From Chloroflexota bacterium (lineage in GTDB: Bacteria > Chloroflexota > Anaerolineae > Aggregatilineales > Aggregatilineaceae): a stretch of 64,000 nt of DNA. A program made the translations under genes and the position numbers. The stretch spans positions 8,493 to 72,492 of the forward strand of contig JBBIHG010000003.1 in NCBI GenBank assembly GCA_037447125.1. The letters are read 5' to 3'. Every line of letters starts with the position of its first letter. The stretch's first letter is position 1. This document shows, piece by piece, positions 56,495 through 64,000 of this stretch. The notes beneath the pieces are model-generated. The model was not told where the DNA came from. It did not search any database and saw nothing but the letters and a program-made list of their open reading frames with translations.

Positions 56495-58294
56495 CTAGGC
56501 CAGCGTCAGCGCCTTGCTCGCCACGAGGCGCGTCGCCAGGTCGGCGAAAGCCAGCACCGGCTGCGGCCCCAGGTCTTCGCCGGAGCGCAGCCGCACGCTG
56601 ACCGTGCTCGACGCCGCGTCGCGGTCGCCGACGACCAGCATCCAGGGAATCTTCTGCTGCGTCGCCGCGCGAATCTTGCCCCCAACGCGCCCGTTGGAGT
56701 CGTCCACCTGCACGCGCAGGCCCTTGCTGTGCAGGATGTTCGCCACGTCCTGGGCGTAGGCAATGTGCCGGTCGGCCACCGGGATCAGCGCGACCTGTAG
56801 CGGGGCCAGCCACGCCGGGAACGCGCCGGCGTAGTGCTCGATCAGCACGGCGACGAAGCGCTCCATGCTGCCGTACAGCGCGCGGTGGATCATGATCGGC
56901 TGGTGGCGCTCGTTGTCCTCGCCGACGTATTCCAGCTCGAAGCGCGCCGGCAGGTTATAGTCCACCTGCACGGTGCTGATCTGCCACTCGCGCTTGAGCG
57001 CATCACGGATGATGAAGTCCAGCTTGGGGCCATAGAAGGCCGCCTCGCCCTCCTCCACCGTGAAGTTCAGCCCCCGCCTGGTCGCCGCGGCGATGATCGC
57101 TTTGGCCGCCTGCTCCCAGACTTCGTCGCTGCCCACGTATTTGTCGCTCTGCGGGTCGCGGACGCCCACCCGCGCCCGGTAGTCGGTCAGCCCCAGGCTG
57201 CGGAAGATGAACTCCACCAGGTCCACCACGCCCAGGAACTCGTCCTCAAGCTGCTCCGGCGTGCAGAAGATATGGGCGTCGTCCTGGGTGAAGCCGCGCA
57301 CACGGGTCAGGCCGTGCAGCTCGCCCGATTTCTCGTAGCGGTAGACCGTGCCGAACTCAGCCATGCGCACCGGCAGGTCGCGATACGAATGCAGGTCGTC
57401 CTTATAGACGTGGATGTGGTGCGGGCAGTTCATCGGCTTGAGCATGAACAGGTCACCCTCCACCTCGAAGGGCGAGTACTGGCTGTCCTTGTAGTACGGG
57501 TAGTGCCCGCTCTTCTCGTAGAGGGCCACGCGCGCGATATGCGGCGTGATGACCGGCTCGTAGCCGCGCTCGATCTGCACCTCGCGCAGGAAGCGCTCCA
57601 GCAGGTCGCGCAGGATCGCGCCGTTGGGCTTCCACAGCGGCAGACCCTTGCCCACCAGTTGGTTGAAGGTGAACAGGCCAAGTTGCTGGCCGAGCGCGCG
57701 GTGATCGCGCTTGCGGGCTTCTTCGAGCAGGGCCAGGTACTCCTCAAGCTGCTCCGCCGTCTCCCAGGCCGTGCCGTAGATGCGGGTGAGCATCTCGCGG
57801 TTCTCGTCGCCGCGCCAGTAAGCGCCCGCCGGCGCTTTGAAGGTGATGCTCAGCGCGTCCGGGTTGATCTCGCGCGTGTTGGCCACATGCGGTCCCCGGC
57901 ACAGGTCTTCGAACGTGTCCTGCGTGTACGTGCTGATCACCACCGCTTCGTCGGTTTTCTCGCCGTACTCGTCCACGCCGCCACGCTCCAGCCCGTCAAT
58001 CAGCTCGATCTTGTACGGCTGGTCGTGGAACAGGACGCGCGCCTCACTGGCGCTGACCTCCTTGCGAACGAAGTCGTGCCCTTCGCGGATGATGGCGCGC
58101 ATCCGCGCCTCGATCTCGGCCAGGTCTTCATCGGTCAACGGGCGCGGCAGGTCGAAGTCATAGTAGAAGCCGTCTTCGATGGGCGGGCCGATGGCGATCT
58201 TGGCCTGGGGGAACTTCTCCAGTACGGCCTGAGCCATGACGTGCGCCGTGGAATGGCGGATGCGGTAGAGCTTGCTGTCTTGATAGCGTTTCAT
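56495..58294 (-). CDS. thrS: Threonine--tRNA ligase lacking the N-terminal TGS domain (599 aa)
   Basis: ATG at 58294 after AGGAGAA. 'RIRHSTAHVMAQAV' (editing-domain HxxxH) at residues 11-24. Class II motifs 'FRDLPVRMAEFGTVYRYE', 'GLTRVRGFTQDDAHIF', 'ERFVAVLIEH'. Anticodon-binding C-terminus. Confidence 0.92.
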   Translation of the reverse strand: MKRYQDSKLYRIRHSTAHVMAQAVLEKFPQAKIAIGPPIEDGFYYDFDLPRPLTDEDLAEIEARMRAIIREGHDFVRKEVSASEARVLFHDQPYKIELIDGLERGGVDEYGEKTDEAVVISTYTQDTFEDLCRGPHVANTREINPDALSITFKAPAGAYWRGDENREMLTRIYGTAWETAEQLEEYLALLEEARKRDHRALGQQLGLFTFNQLVGKGLPLWKPNGAILRDLLERFLREVQIERGYEPVITPHIARVALYEKSGHYPYYKDSQYSPFEVEGDLFMLKPMNCPHHIHVYKDDLHSYRDLPVRMAEFGTVYRYEKSGELHGLTRVRGFTQDDAHIFCTPEQLEDEFLGVVDLVEFIFRSLGLTDYRARVGVRDPQSDKYVGSDEVWEQAAKAIIAAATRRGLNFTVEEGEAAFYGPKLDFIIRDALKREWQISTVQVDYNLPARFELEYVGEDNERHQPIMIHRALYGSMERFVAVLIEHYAGAFPAWLAPLQVALIPVADRHIAYAQDVANILHSKGLRVQVDDSNGRVGGKIRAATQQKIPWMLVVGDRDAASSTVSVRLRSGEDLGPQPVLAFADLATRLVASKALTLA

Positions 58295-58432
58295 GAGCTT
58301 GTCGGTCTTCTCCTGTTGGCTTGCGTCGCTGCTGCGGGCGGGCGCACGAGTCACGGTCCGGCGGCGCCGTCCTACAACACCAGTCACACGGCAGATTGTC
58401 ACGTGCAGGGGGAACGAGCAGAGCTGCTCTGC

Positions 58433-58480
58433 GCTGATCCCCGCTGCCGGCGCAACGCAGCGCGCCCGGCAGGGATCAGC
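58433..58480 (-). other. Long GC hairpin in the spacer between the unknown ORF and thrS
   Basis: GCTGATCCCCGCTGCCGGCGC-aacgcagc-GCGCCCGGCAGGGATCAGC (plus-strand reading). No U-tract follows it. Confidence 0.5.
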
Positions 58481-58560
58481 ACAGAAGGTCCCTACCCAGA
58501 GCGCCCGGCAGTCGTGCGCGTTCCAGTCTCAGTAGGGAGTTCGGTCATAGGGCGCTTCTT

Positions 58561-58908
58561 TCAGCCAGGCAGCAGCCCGGCCTCGCTGGCGAACTCGACG
58601 AAGACGTTTTCGAAGACGCCGAGCACCATCAGGTTGTCCACCACATCTTCGATGACATCCGGCGTCAGCTTTTCGACGATGACGTGCGGCGTCTCCAGCG
58701 CCAGAAACTGCATCGGGGCCAACGCGCCGTCGTGCTGGCGGGCGACATCCAGACTGAGCTGCATCTCCTGCTGGAGATGCGGCAGGGTGACGAAATGGGC
58801 CTGCCACAGCCTGCTGTCTTCCATCTCCACCAGAACATCGGCGCTGTCGTTGAGCGGGTCGAACCCGACCTGAGGCTCAGGCTCAATCCATACGCGTTTG
58901 ACGAACAC
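58561..58908 (-). CDS. Hypothetical protein (115 aa from GTG 58908; 125 aa if TTG 58938)
   Basis: GC3-rich, coding-like frame. AAGGA lies 8 nt before the GTG. It is the first ORF after the T-box terminator. I recognise no family. Confidence 0.55.
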   Translation of the reverse strand: MFVKRVWIEPEPQVGFDPLNDSADVLVEMEDSRLWQAHFVTLPHLQQEMQLSLDVARQHDGALAPMQFLALETPHVIVEKLTPDVIEDVVDNLMVLGVFENVFVEFASEAGLLPG

Positions 58909-58970
58909 GGCTCTGATCCTTACTAACTCATCCTCCAAACTCCTACCACCATACTACACCGATAACGCCC

Positions 58971-59264
58971 CAAAAATGAAGACCCCCGCCCAAAGTTGGG
59001 GCGAGGGTCAAGATCCTCCACGCGGTTCCACCCAAGTTCGACAGGGCGCGGCGCAGGGCGGCGCGCTGTCCTCATGGCGGCTGCTAACGGGGCCAACCGG
59101 CGTCGCTTACTGGGCGCTCAGGGCGCTGTTAGGCAGCGCGCTCACGGGGGGTTTTCCTGGCTCGCCGGATGAGCGGACTCCCAGTCGCGGTCCGCTCTCC
59201 CTGGAACCGGGGATGAGCCAGTACTCGTCCCGATCCACACGTTGGAGGGTATGCGCTTGGCTGT
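58971..59264 (-). promoter_or_regulatory. T-box riboswitch leader (tRNA-sensing transcription attenuator), probable Thr specifier
   Basis: Minus strand shows 'GACGAGTA' (specifier-loop 5' side), 'AGGGAGAGC' AG-bulge, 'GAGCCAG-GAAAACCC' (specifier loop 3' side) and the T-box sequence 'AACTTGGGTGGAACCGCG' (59021-59038). An 11-bp terminator GACCCTCGCCC/GGGCGGGGGTC plus TTCATTTTT follows, and its 5' arm can pair alternatively with the T-box. Confidence 0.75.
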
Positions 59265-59269
59265 TGTAC

Positions 59270-59298
59270 AGGATACTGGAGGGTGCGGTCGCTGTCAA
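59270..59298 (-). promoter_or_regulatory. Sigma70-type promoter driving the T-box leader
   Basis: Minus strand TTGACA (59298-59293), 17 nt spacer, TATCCT (59275-59270). Confidence 0.6.
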
Positions 59299-59331
59299 GG
59301 CTCAGGGGGCGCGGCTCGCCGCCCGGACGCA

Positions 59332-59362
59332 ACTTCGGGAGTCCTTGCGGGACTCCCGAAGT
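59332..59362. repeat. Perfect 13-bp-arm hairpin ACTTCGGGAGTCC-ttgcg-GGACTCCCGAAGT downstream of the 59415 gene
   Basis: Read directly. The arm is related to the 43767 palindrome. No U-run follows, so terminator function is uncertain. Confidence 0.65.
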
Positions 59363-59414
59363 CCGTCATCACACGCACTCGCCATCCCCGCCGGGCGACA
59401 ACGCCCTGCCCGTC

Positions 59415-61643
59415 CTACGGCGTGTCGTTGTACACGCGGTAGCTGAGCCAGACCGTCTCGCCGCTGCGGTTATCTACGCGGATCACCGCGCGCCGCCCCT
59501 CGGGAATGGTCATGCCGAAGACGGCGCCGGGCTGCACCTTGTCGGTGCCGACGCCCACCGTGTTATTGATGACAGCAGGCGTCAGCATGTCGTAGTGCAC
59601 GTTCTCGTAGGTCACGCCAGACAACTGGCCGATCTGCGCGCCGTTGAGCATGGCGATGTTGTAGCCATCCCAGAAGAAGTCGGGCGTGCCGCCGAACATG
59701 TCCCACTGCGTGTTCGGCCCAAGCTGGATGTTGATCTGGTTGGCCAGCAGCGGATAGTCCACGCGGTAAGGAACATTGAACAGATTGTTGCCCTCGTTCA
59801 GCTCGGCCACCTCATTGTTCAGGTCGGCCACGACCGCCACCTGGAAGACTCCGGTGCCCATCAGCGTGCCGCTGAGCTGCACGGGCAGGCTCTGCCCGCC
59901 AGCCAGCCCTTCCACGAACGCCGACGTATAAACTGCGCCCGGCTCCCAGGTGGCCGCTACCGCGAAGCGACCCGCCGCGCCGCCGCCAGCATTGCGCACA
60001 GTCACGGTGGCCGTGAACGGCCTGTTGGGAATTGGCTGGGAGGGATTGAGCACCACTGAATCGATGACAATATCCGGCTCAGGGGGCAGCGCCGGCGTGG
60101 GCGAGAGCGCCGGGATGGGCGTGGGCGGCGACTGCACGACGGAGACCTGGTTGAGGTCGCCCAGGACCCTGGTGTACTCGGTACGCACCCAGCCGAAGCC
60201 GTCCTTGTACTCGATGACCAGCCAGCCATAGTCGGCGGAAGCACCCAGGACGCGGAAGCGCTCGCCGGCCTTGATCTGCCCAATCTGGTCGAAGTTGAAC
60301 CCTGGCCCATTGCGCACGTTGAGCACGTTGGCCGTCACCTCGATCCACACGCCTTCCAGGACCTCGGTCGGCGCAGCCGTCGGCTGCTCTGGCGCGACGG
60401 TAGGCTCGGGGGCCACCGGCTCTGGCAACAGACCAGCCTGGTCCAGGCCCAGCCGCTCCGTATCATCAAAGCGGGCGAGAACCCTGGAGCCACCGCGCGA
60501 CTCCACCCGGTAGACGACGCCCAGACGCGCCAGGTCGCCATTGCCGAAGTCCGTCGGGCGCACTACTCCTTGCACCAGGCTGCGCGCGTTGCCTCCAAGC
60601 AGCGCCGCGCGCAGTCCCGCTGGCGTGACGCCACCCTCGATCATCGCCGCGCGCAGGACCCACACCGCGTCGTAGGCGGCCACCGCCAGCGGATCCGGCA
60701 CTTGGCCGAAGGCGACCACATAATCGCGCAGGAAGATGCGCCCGGCAGGCAGCGCATCGGCGTAGGACCACGAGTCGAAGCCGAGCATGCCATCGCCCAG
60801 GCGGACGGGCACCACGCCCGACCGGACCGCTGCCTCCGCGTGGCGGTAGGCGAAGACGCCGCCCCACCCTGCCTCGCGCAGCGCGCCCAGCAGCGCCGCC
60901 GCGTCCTCCGGCGCGCCCCACATCACCACCGCATCCGGGTTAATCTCCAGCAGGCGCGGGGCCTCGTCCAGCAGAGCGCTGCCGCCCGGAATCTGGATGA
61001 TCTCAGACGGCGACCGATCCTCCGCGCGGAGCGTCACCTCAAAATCCATCAGCGCCTCAGTGAACTCGACTTCCGTCTGGACGAGGGCGAAAGTGGCGAT
61101 GCCCAGATCGGTCATCAGGTACCTGGCGATGGCGTTGCTCATCACGCGCTCCGGCGCGCGGGTGCGAAAGATGACATTGGCCGTGTCCACGTCGGTCATG
61201 GCGTTCTGCGTCGCCGGCGTGAAGACAGGCAGTCCCGTCGCGGCCAGCGCGGCGATGGTGTCCGGCGTGATCTGGGCGTTCGTATCGGGGCCAAGCAGCG
61301 CGCCAACTCCCTGCTCAGTCAGTTCGGCCAGCGCGCCCGGCAGGGACTCGACCGTCGGCGCCTGCTCAAGCGCCACCAGTTCCAGTTGGACGGTCGCCCC
61401 GCCCGCCGCGCGCACGCCCCCGACCGAGTTAATCTGGTCAATGGCTAGCTGCGCGCCGTTGGCCGTGGCGCTGCCCAGCGGGCCGAGATAGCCGATACGG
61501 AAGACGCTGGCCTGGGCCGCAGGCGCAGCCTGGGTCAGCGGCGCGACCAGCCCCATCACCAGCAGCATCACCAGGGCCAGCCCGGCGACACGCCAGCGCC
61601 GGGTTCTGCTATGAGCCATCGCAAGCTTCTGCACCTTCATCAC
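59415..61643 (-). CDS. Secreted multidomain protein: type I periplasmic-binding (LivK-like) domain + SH3b + CARDB-like + C-terminal beta domain
   Basis: Signal peptide. 'FRIGYLGPLGSATANGAQLAIDQINSVGGV' (Leu/Ile/Val-binding fold). 'VRNGPGFNFDQIGQIKAGERFRVLG...GWLVIEY.DGFGWV' (SH3b). 'PNRPFTATVTVRNAGGGAAG' (CARDB-like). Confidence 0.7.
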   Translation of the reverse strand: MMKVQKLAMAHSRTRRWRVAGLALVMLLVMGLVAPLTQAAPAAQASVFRIGYLGPLGSATANGAQLAIDQINSVGGVRAAGGATVQLELVALEQAPTVESLPGALAELTEQGVGALLGPDTNAQITPDTIAALAATGLPVFTPATQNAMTDVDTANVIFRTRAPERVMSNAIARYLMTDLGIATFALVQTEVEFTEALMDFEVTLRAEDRSPSEIIQIPGGSALLDEAPRLLEINPDAVVMWGAPEDAAALLGALREAGWGGVFAYRHAEAAVRSGVVPVRLGDGMLGFDSWSYADALPAGRIFLRDYVVAFGQVPDPLAVAAYDAVWVLRAAMIEGGVTPAGLRAALLGGNARSLVQGVVRPTDFGNGDLARLGVVYRVESRGGSRVLARFDDTERLGLDQAGLLPEPVAPEPTVAPEQPTAAPTEVLEGVWIEVTANVLNVRNGPGFNFDQIGQIKAGERFRVLGASADYGWLVIEYKDGFGWVRTEYTRVLGDLNQVSVVQSPPTPIPALSPTPALPPEPDIVIDSVVLNPSQPIPNRPFTATVTVRNAGGGAAGRFAVAATWEPGAVYTSAFVEGLAGGQSLPVQLSGTLMGTGVFQVAVVADLNNEVAELNEGNNLFNVPYRVDYPLLANQINIQLGPNTQWDMFGGTPDFFWDGYNIAMLNGAQIGQLSGVTYENVHYDMLTPAVINNTVGVGTDKVQPGAVFGMTIPEGRRAVIRVDNRSGETVWLSYRVYNDTP

Positions 61644-61855
61644 GAGTCCTCCTCAAGACAGCAATCCGTGCCGGCCTGTGCAACGTCGGCCCGCATCCGG
61701 TGGCGATCCCGGCGAGCGTTACCCTATCTGGCTCCCTATTATAGTCAAGCCTGGATTTTCGGATACCAGGCTGCTGGGCGGGGTGCGGGCAAGACCTGTC
61801 AGGCGGCAGGCCATGCCCCGGTTACCTCAGAGCGTGTACGCTAAGCTGGTTCTTT

Positions 61856-62020
61856 CTCCCCTCATCCCCCGACCCCTTCTCCCTCCAGAGGGAGAAGGGG
61901 CGGACAGGCCCGGGGTTTCCCCTCGCCCCGCTGAGGGAGAGGGGTGCAGGGGTGAGGGGGTTTCCATACACACTCTCACCCCCGCTCGGCCCACTGACGC
62001 GGGTCGAGGCTGGGGGTGAG
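61856..62020. repeat. GC hairpin repeat cluster (CCCCTTCTCCCTCCAGAGGGAGAAGGGG; CCCCTCGCCCCGCTGAGGGAGAGGGG)
   Basis: Read directly. Intergenic, upstream of rpsA. Confidence 0.7.
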
Positions 62021-62318
62021 GTCAATGGCCCCGCGAAAAGCGAGCGCCTGACAACCTTTGCCGCGCCGCGCTCGCCACCCTTGACGGTGCTCCAAACCAT
62101 ACAATTAGCTGCTTGTTCAGCCCACCCTGTCAGGGTATACTAGGAAATGGCGCACGCAGTGGGACACCGCGCAGGTGACCCTCTGCCTTTCATCCGTGTA
62201 CGTTTCATGTAGGGTGGCGGACAGCCCCTCCGCCGGCAGACACGCTGTCACACGACCCGGCTGACGGCGCAGGCTCCCGCTCACCAAACCAACTTCAAAC
62301 CTAAGGTGGTAGCATAGT

Positions 62319-63770
62319 ATGGACTTCGAGGAAAACAAGCAGCCAACTCCCCTAGAGCAAGAGCCGGTTGACTCTGGTCCCGAAGGGGGCATGGACGAGA
62401 GCTTCGCGCAGATGCTGGAGGCCTCGTTCGACTACGAGCCGCCACACCGGGGCGAGATCCGCGATGCCATCATCTTGCAGATCGAGCCCAACGAGATCAT
62501 CGTGGACATGGGCGCCAAGCAGGACGGCATTGTCACCGCCCAGGACCTGGAACGGCTCCCCAGCGCGTACCGCAAGTCGCTGCAGGTCGGCCAGAAGGTG
62601 CCGGTCTACGTGCTCAACCCGCGCGACGTGGACGGCAACCTGATCGTCTCGATCAACATGGGCCTCCAGCAATATGACTGGGACGAAGCCCGCGCGTTGA
62701 TGGACAGAGACGAGGTCGTGGAGGTCACCATGACCGGCCACAACCGGGGCGGCGTGCTCGTCCGCTGGAGATCGTTGGAGGGCTTCATTCCCTCGTCGCA
62801 CCTGGTCACGGTCAGCGCCGGCCTGCAGGGCAACGAGCGTCGCGAAGCGCTCAACAGCCTGGTCAATCGTTCGGTGGGTGTCAAGGTGATCGAGGTCGAT
62901 CAGGATCGCCGGCGCCTTATCTTCTCCGAGCGCGAAGCCCAGCGCGAGTGGCGCGCCCAGCAGAAGGCGCGACTGCTGGCCACGCTCAATGAGGGCGATA
63001 TCGTGCGCGGCACCGTCACCGGGCTGCGCGACTTCGGCGCCTTCGTCAACCTGGGCGGCGCTGATGGCCTGATCCACGTCAGCGAGCTGGCCTGGCACCG
63101 CGTGGATCACCCGCGCGACGTGCTCAAGATCGGCGATGAGATCGAGGTCTACGTCCTGAGCCTGGACCGCAACACCAACCGCATCGCCCTCAGCCGCAAG
63201 CGCCTGCTATCCGACCCATGGGACGACGCCCTGGAACGCTACCATGAGGGCATGTTCGTCGAAGGGACGGTGACCAATGTCGTGGACTTCGGCGCCTTCA
63301 TCGCCCTCGACGACGGGCTGGAGGGCCTGCTGCATCTGAGCGAGATGGGCGACGGCACGCTCAAAGAACCGCATAGCTACGTCAAGAAGGGCGACCGCCT
63401 GCAACTGCGCATCAGCCGCCTGGAGCCGGACCAGCGCCGCGTCGGGTTCACGCAGCGTTGGGGCATCGAGCAGGAAGAGCCGCTCGCGCCGCCGGAAGAC
63501 GCGCCCGCCGCCGATGCGCTGGAAGAGGTGGGGGTCGAAGAAGCACCCGCTGAGGCGGAGACGGACGCGCCGGAAGACGCGCCCGCGCCCGCCGCCGATG
63601 CGCTGGAAGAGGTGGGGATCGAAGAAGCACCCGCTGAGGCGGAGACGGACGCGCCGGAAGACGCGCCCGCCGCCGATGCGCTGGAAGAGGCGGGGGTCGA
63701 AGAAGCACCCGCTGAAGCGGAGACGGACGCGCCGGAAGACGCGCCCGCGCCCGCCGCCGACATGCTGTAG
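62319..63770 (+). CDS. rpsA: 30S ribosomal protein S1 with an acidic repeat tail
   Basis: Four S1 domains (for example 'GDIVRGTVTGLRDFGAFVNLGGADGLIHVSELAW' and 'GMFVEGTVTNVVDFGAFIALDDGLEGLLHLSEM'), then the repeat tail. Confidence 0.9.
   Translation: MDFEENKQPTPLEQEPVDSGPEGGMDESFAQMLEASFDYEPPHRGEIRDAIILQIEPNEIIVDMGAKQDGIVTAQDLERLPSAYRKSLQVGQKVPVYVLNPRDVDGNLIVSINMGLQQYDWDEARALMDRDEVVEVTMTGHNRGGVLVRWRSLEGFIPSSHLVTVSAGLQGNERREALNSLVNRSVGVKVIEVDQDRRRLIFSEREAQREWRAQQKARLLATLNEGDIVRGTVTGLRDFGAFVNLGGADGLIHVSELAWHRVDHPRDVLKIGDEIEVYVLSLDRNTNRIALSRKRLLSDPWDDALERYHEGMFVEGTVTNVVDFGAFIALDDGLEGLLHLSEMGDGTLKEPHSYVKKGDRLQLRISRLEPDQRRVGFTQRWGIEQEEPLAPPEDAPAADALEEVGVEEAPAEAETDAPEDAPAPAADALEEVGIEEAPAEAETDAPEDAPAADALEEAGVEEAPAEAETDAPEDAPAPAADML
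63495..63770 (+). repeat. In-frame 78/84-nt tandem repeat (26-28 aa, EDAPA(PA)ADALEEVGVEEAPAEAETDAP) in the S1 C-terminus
   Basis: GAAGACGCGCCCGC restarts at 63495, 63573, 63657 and 63735. A decayed copy continues past the TAG stop. Confidence 0.85.
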
Positions 63771-63939
63771 GACTCGGCTGAAGACGCGCCGGAGGACGCG
63801 CCCGACACCGCCCTGAAGGACTGAGATCAACACGCCCACTGGCGTGCGCCCTATGCCCCACAGTCCCCGGCCAACCGCCGCTACGGTTGGGAAGGGATGG
63901 TTTGTGTCTCGCCTCCTGTGAATAAATGATCAAATGAGT

Positions 63940-63968
63940 TTGACAAAAGCGAGCGCCCTCGCTATAAT
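63940..63968 (+). promoter_or_regulatory. Consensus sigma70 promoter TTGACA-17-TATAAT at the window edge
   Basis: TTGACA at 63940-63945, a 17 nt spacer, TATAAT at 63963-63968. The transcript lies beyond the window. Confidence 0.6.
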
Positions 63969-64000
63969 GCTGCCAACTATGGGAAGGGGGGCGCGCTGCG

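Noticed and set aside
56202-56813. Upstream 204 codons of the tracked 311-aa minus ORF
   Set aside because: It runs through REP-A copy 5 and the antisense of the thrS 3' end. MntA homology starts at the ATG at 56201.
58295-58560. Second T-box directly upstream of thrS
   Set aside because: No GGGTGG-ACCGCG sequence and no terminator with a U-tract. Only a GC hairpin is present.
56834-58873. 679-aa plus-strand ORF
   Set aside because: Antisense to thrS and the following ORF. No motifs, whereas the thrS frame has all class II signatures.
58971-59264. RNase P RNA, tmRNA, large SRP RNA or cobalamin riboswitch
   Set aside because: No GAGGAAAGTCCGG / ACAGAACCCGGCTTA (RNase P), no tRNA-like 3' end (tmRNA), no GGAAGCAGC SRP motif, and no B12 box. 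The GGGTGGAACCGCG box plus terminator fits a T-box instead.
61738-61743. TATAAT-like -10 element upstream of the SBP-fusion gene
   Set aside because: No convincing -35 at proper spacing (TTGACT directly abuts it). Too weak to report as a feature.
63207-63933. Minus-strand ORFs over the S1 repeat tail
   Set aside because: They are antisense translations of the acidic repeat, giving Arg/Gly-rich periodic peptides. They are artefacts of the repeat.

Overview
High-GC bacterial chromosome segment, about 65-72% G+C by spot counts. Gene content and repeat style look Chloroflexota-like, but that is inference only.

Backbone genes:
- A 5'-partial ftsK and a UvrD/PcrA helicase.
- A membrane-arm-only nuo cluster (nuoA-H-J-K-L-M-M-N) with two nuoM copies and an enlarged nuoL.
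- Tandem FemAB-type transferases, glpABC, a thiolase, rsmH and a stand-alone rpmJ.
- Three M42 peptidase paralogs, thrS behind a T-box leader, an SBP-SH3-CARDB fusion protein, and rpsA.

Low-GC accessory pockets interrupt this backbone:
- 2.7-4.5 kb: a Dam-class methylase plus an HNH endonuclease.
- 23.7-35.5 kb: a mosaic region. Two 78-bp inverted IS ends bracket a GH3/LacI/ABC/GH8 sugar locus. It also holds an IS1-like transposase remnant fused to a PBP C-terminal fragment, and a second R-M pair.
- 54.0-56.3 kb: an EcoRV-like R-M cassette abutting a HepT/MntA module. Both the endonuclease and HepT appear 3'-truncated at one shared junction.
- A second HepT/MntA pair sits inside the nuo operon, between the two nuoM genes.

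Several intergenic repeat families recur. I recognised no rRNA, tRNA or CRISPR array.

All protein calls rest on motifs read by eye and remembered family signatures. No searches were run. Many long ORFs in the track are antisense shadow ORFs typical of GC-rich DNA.
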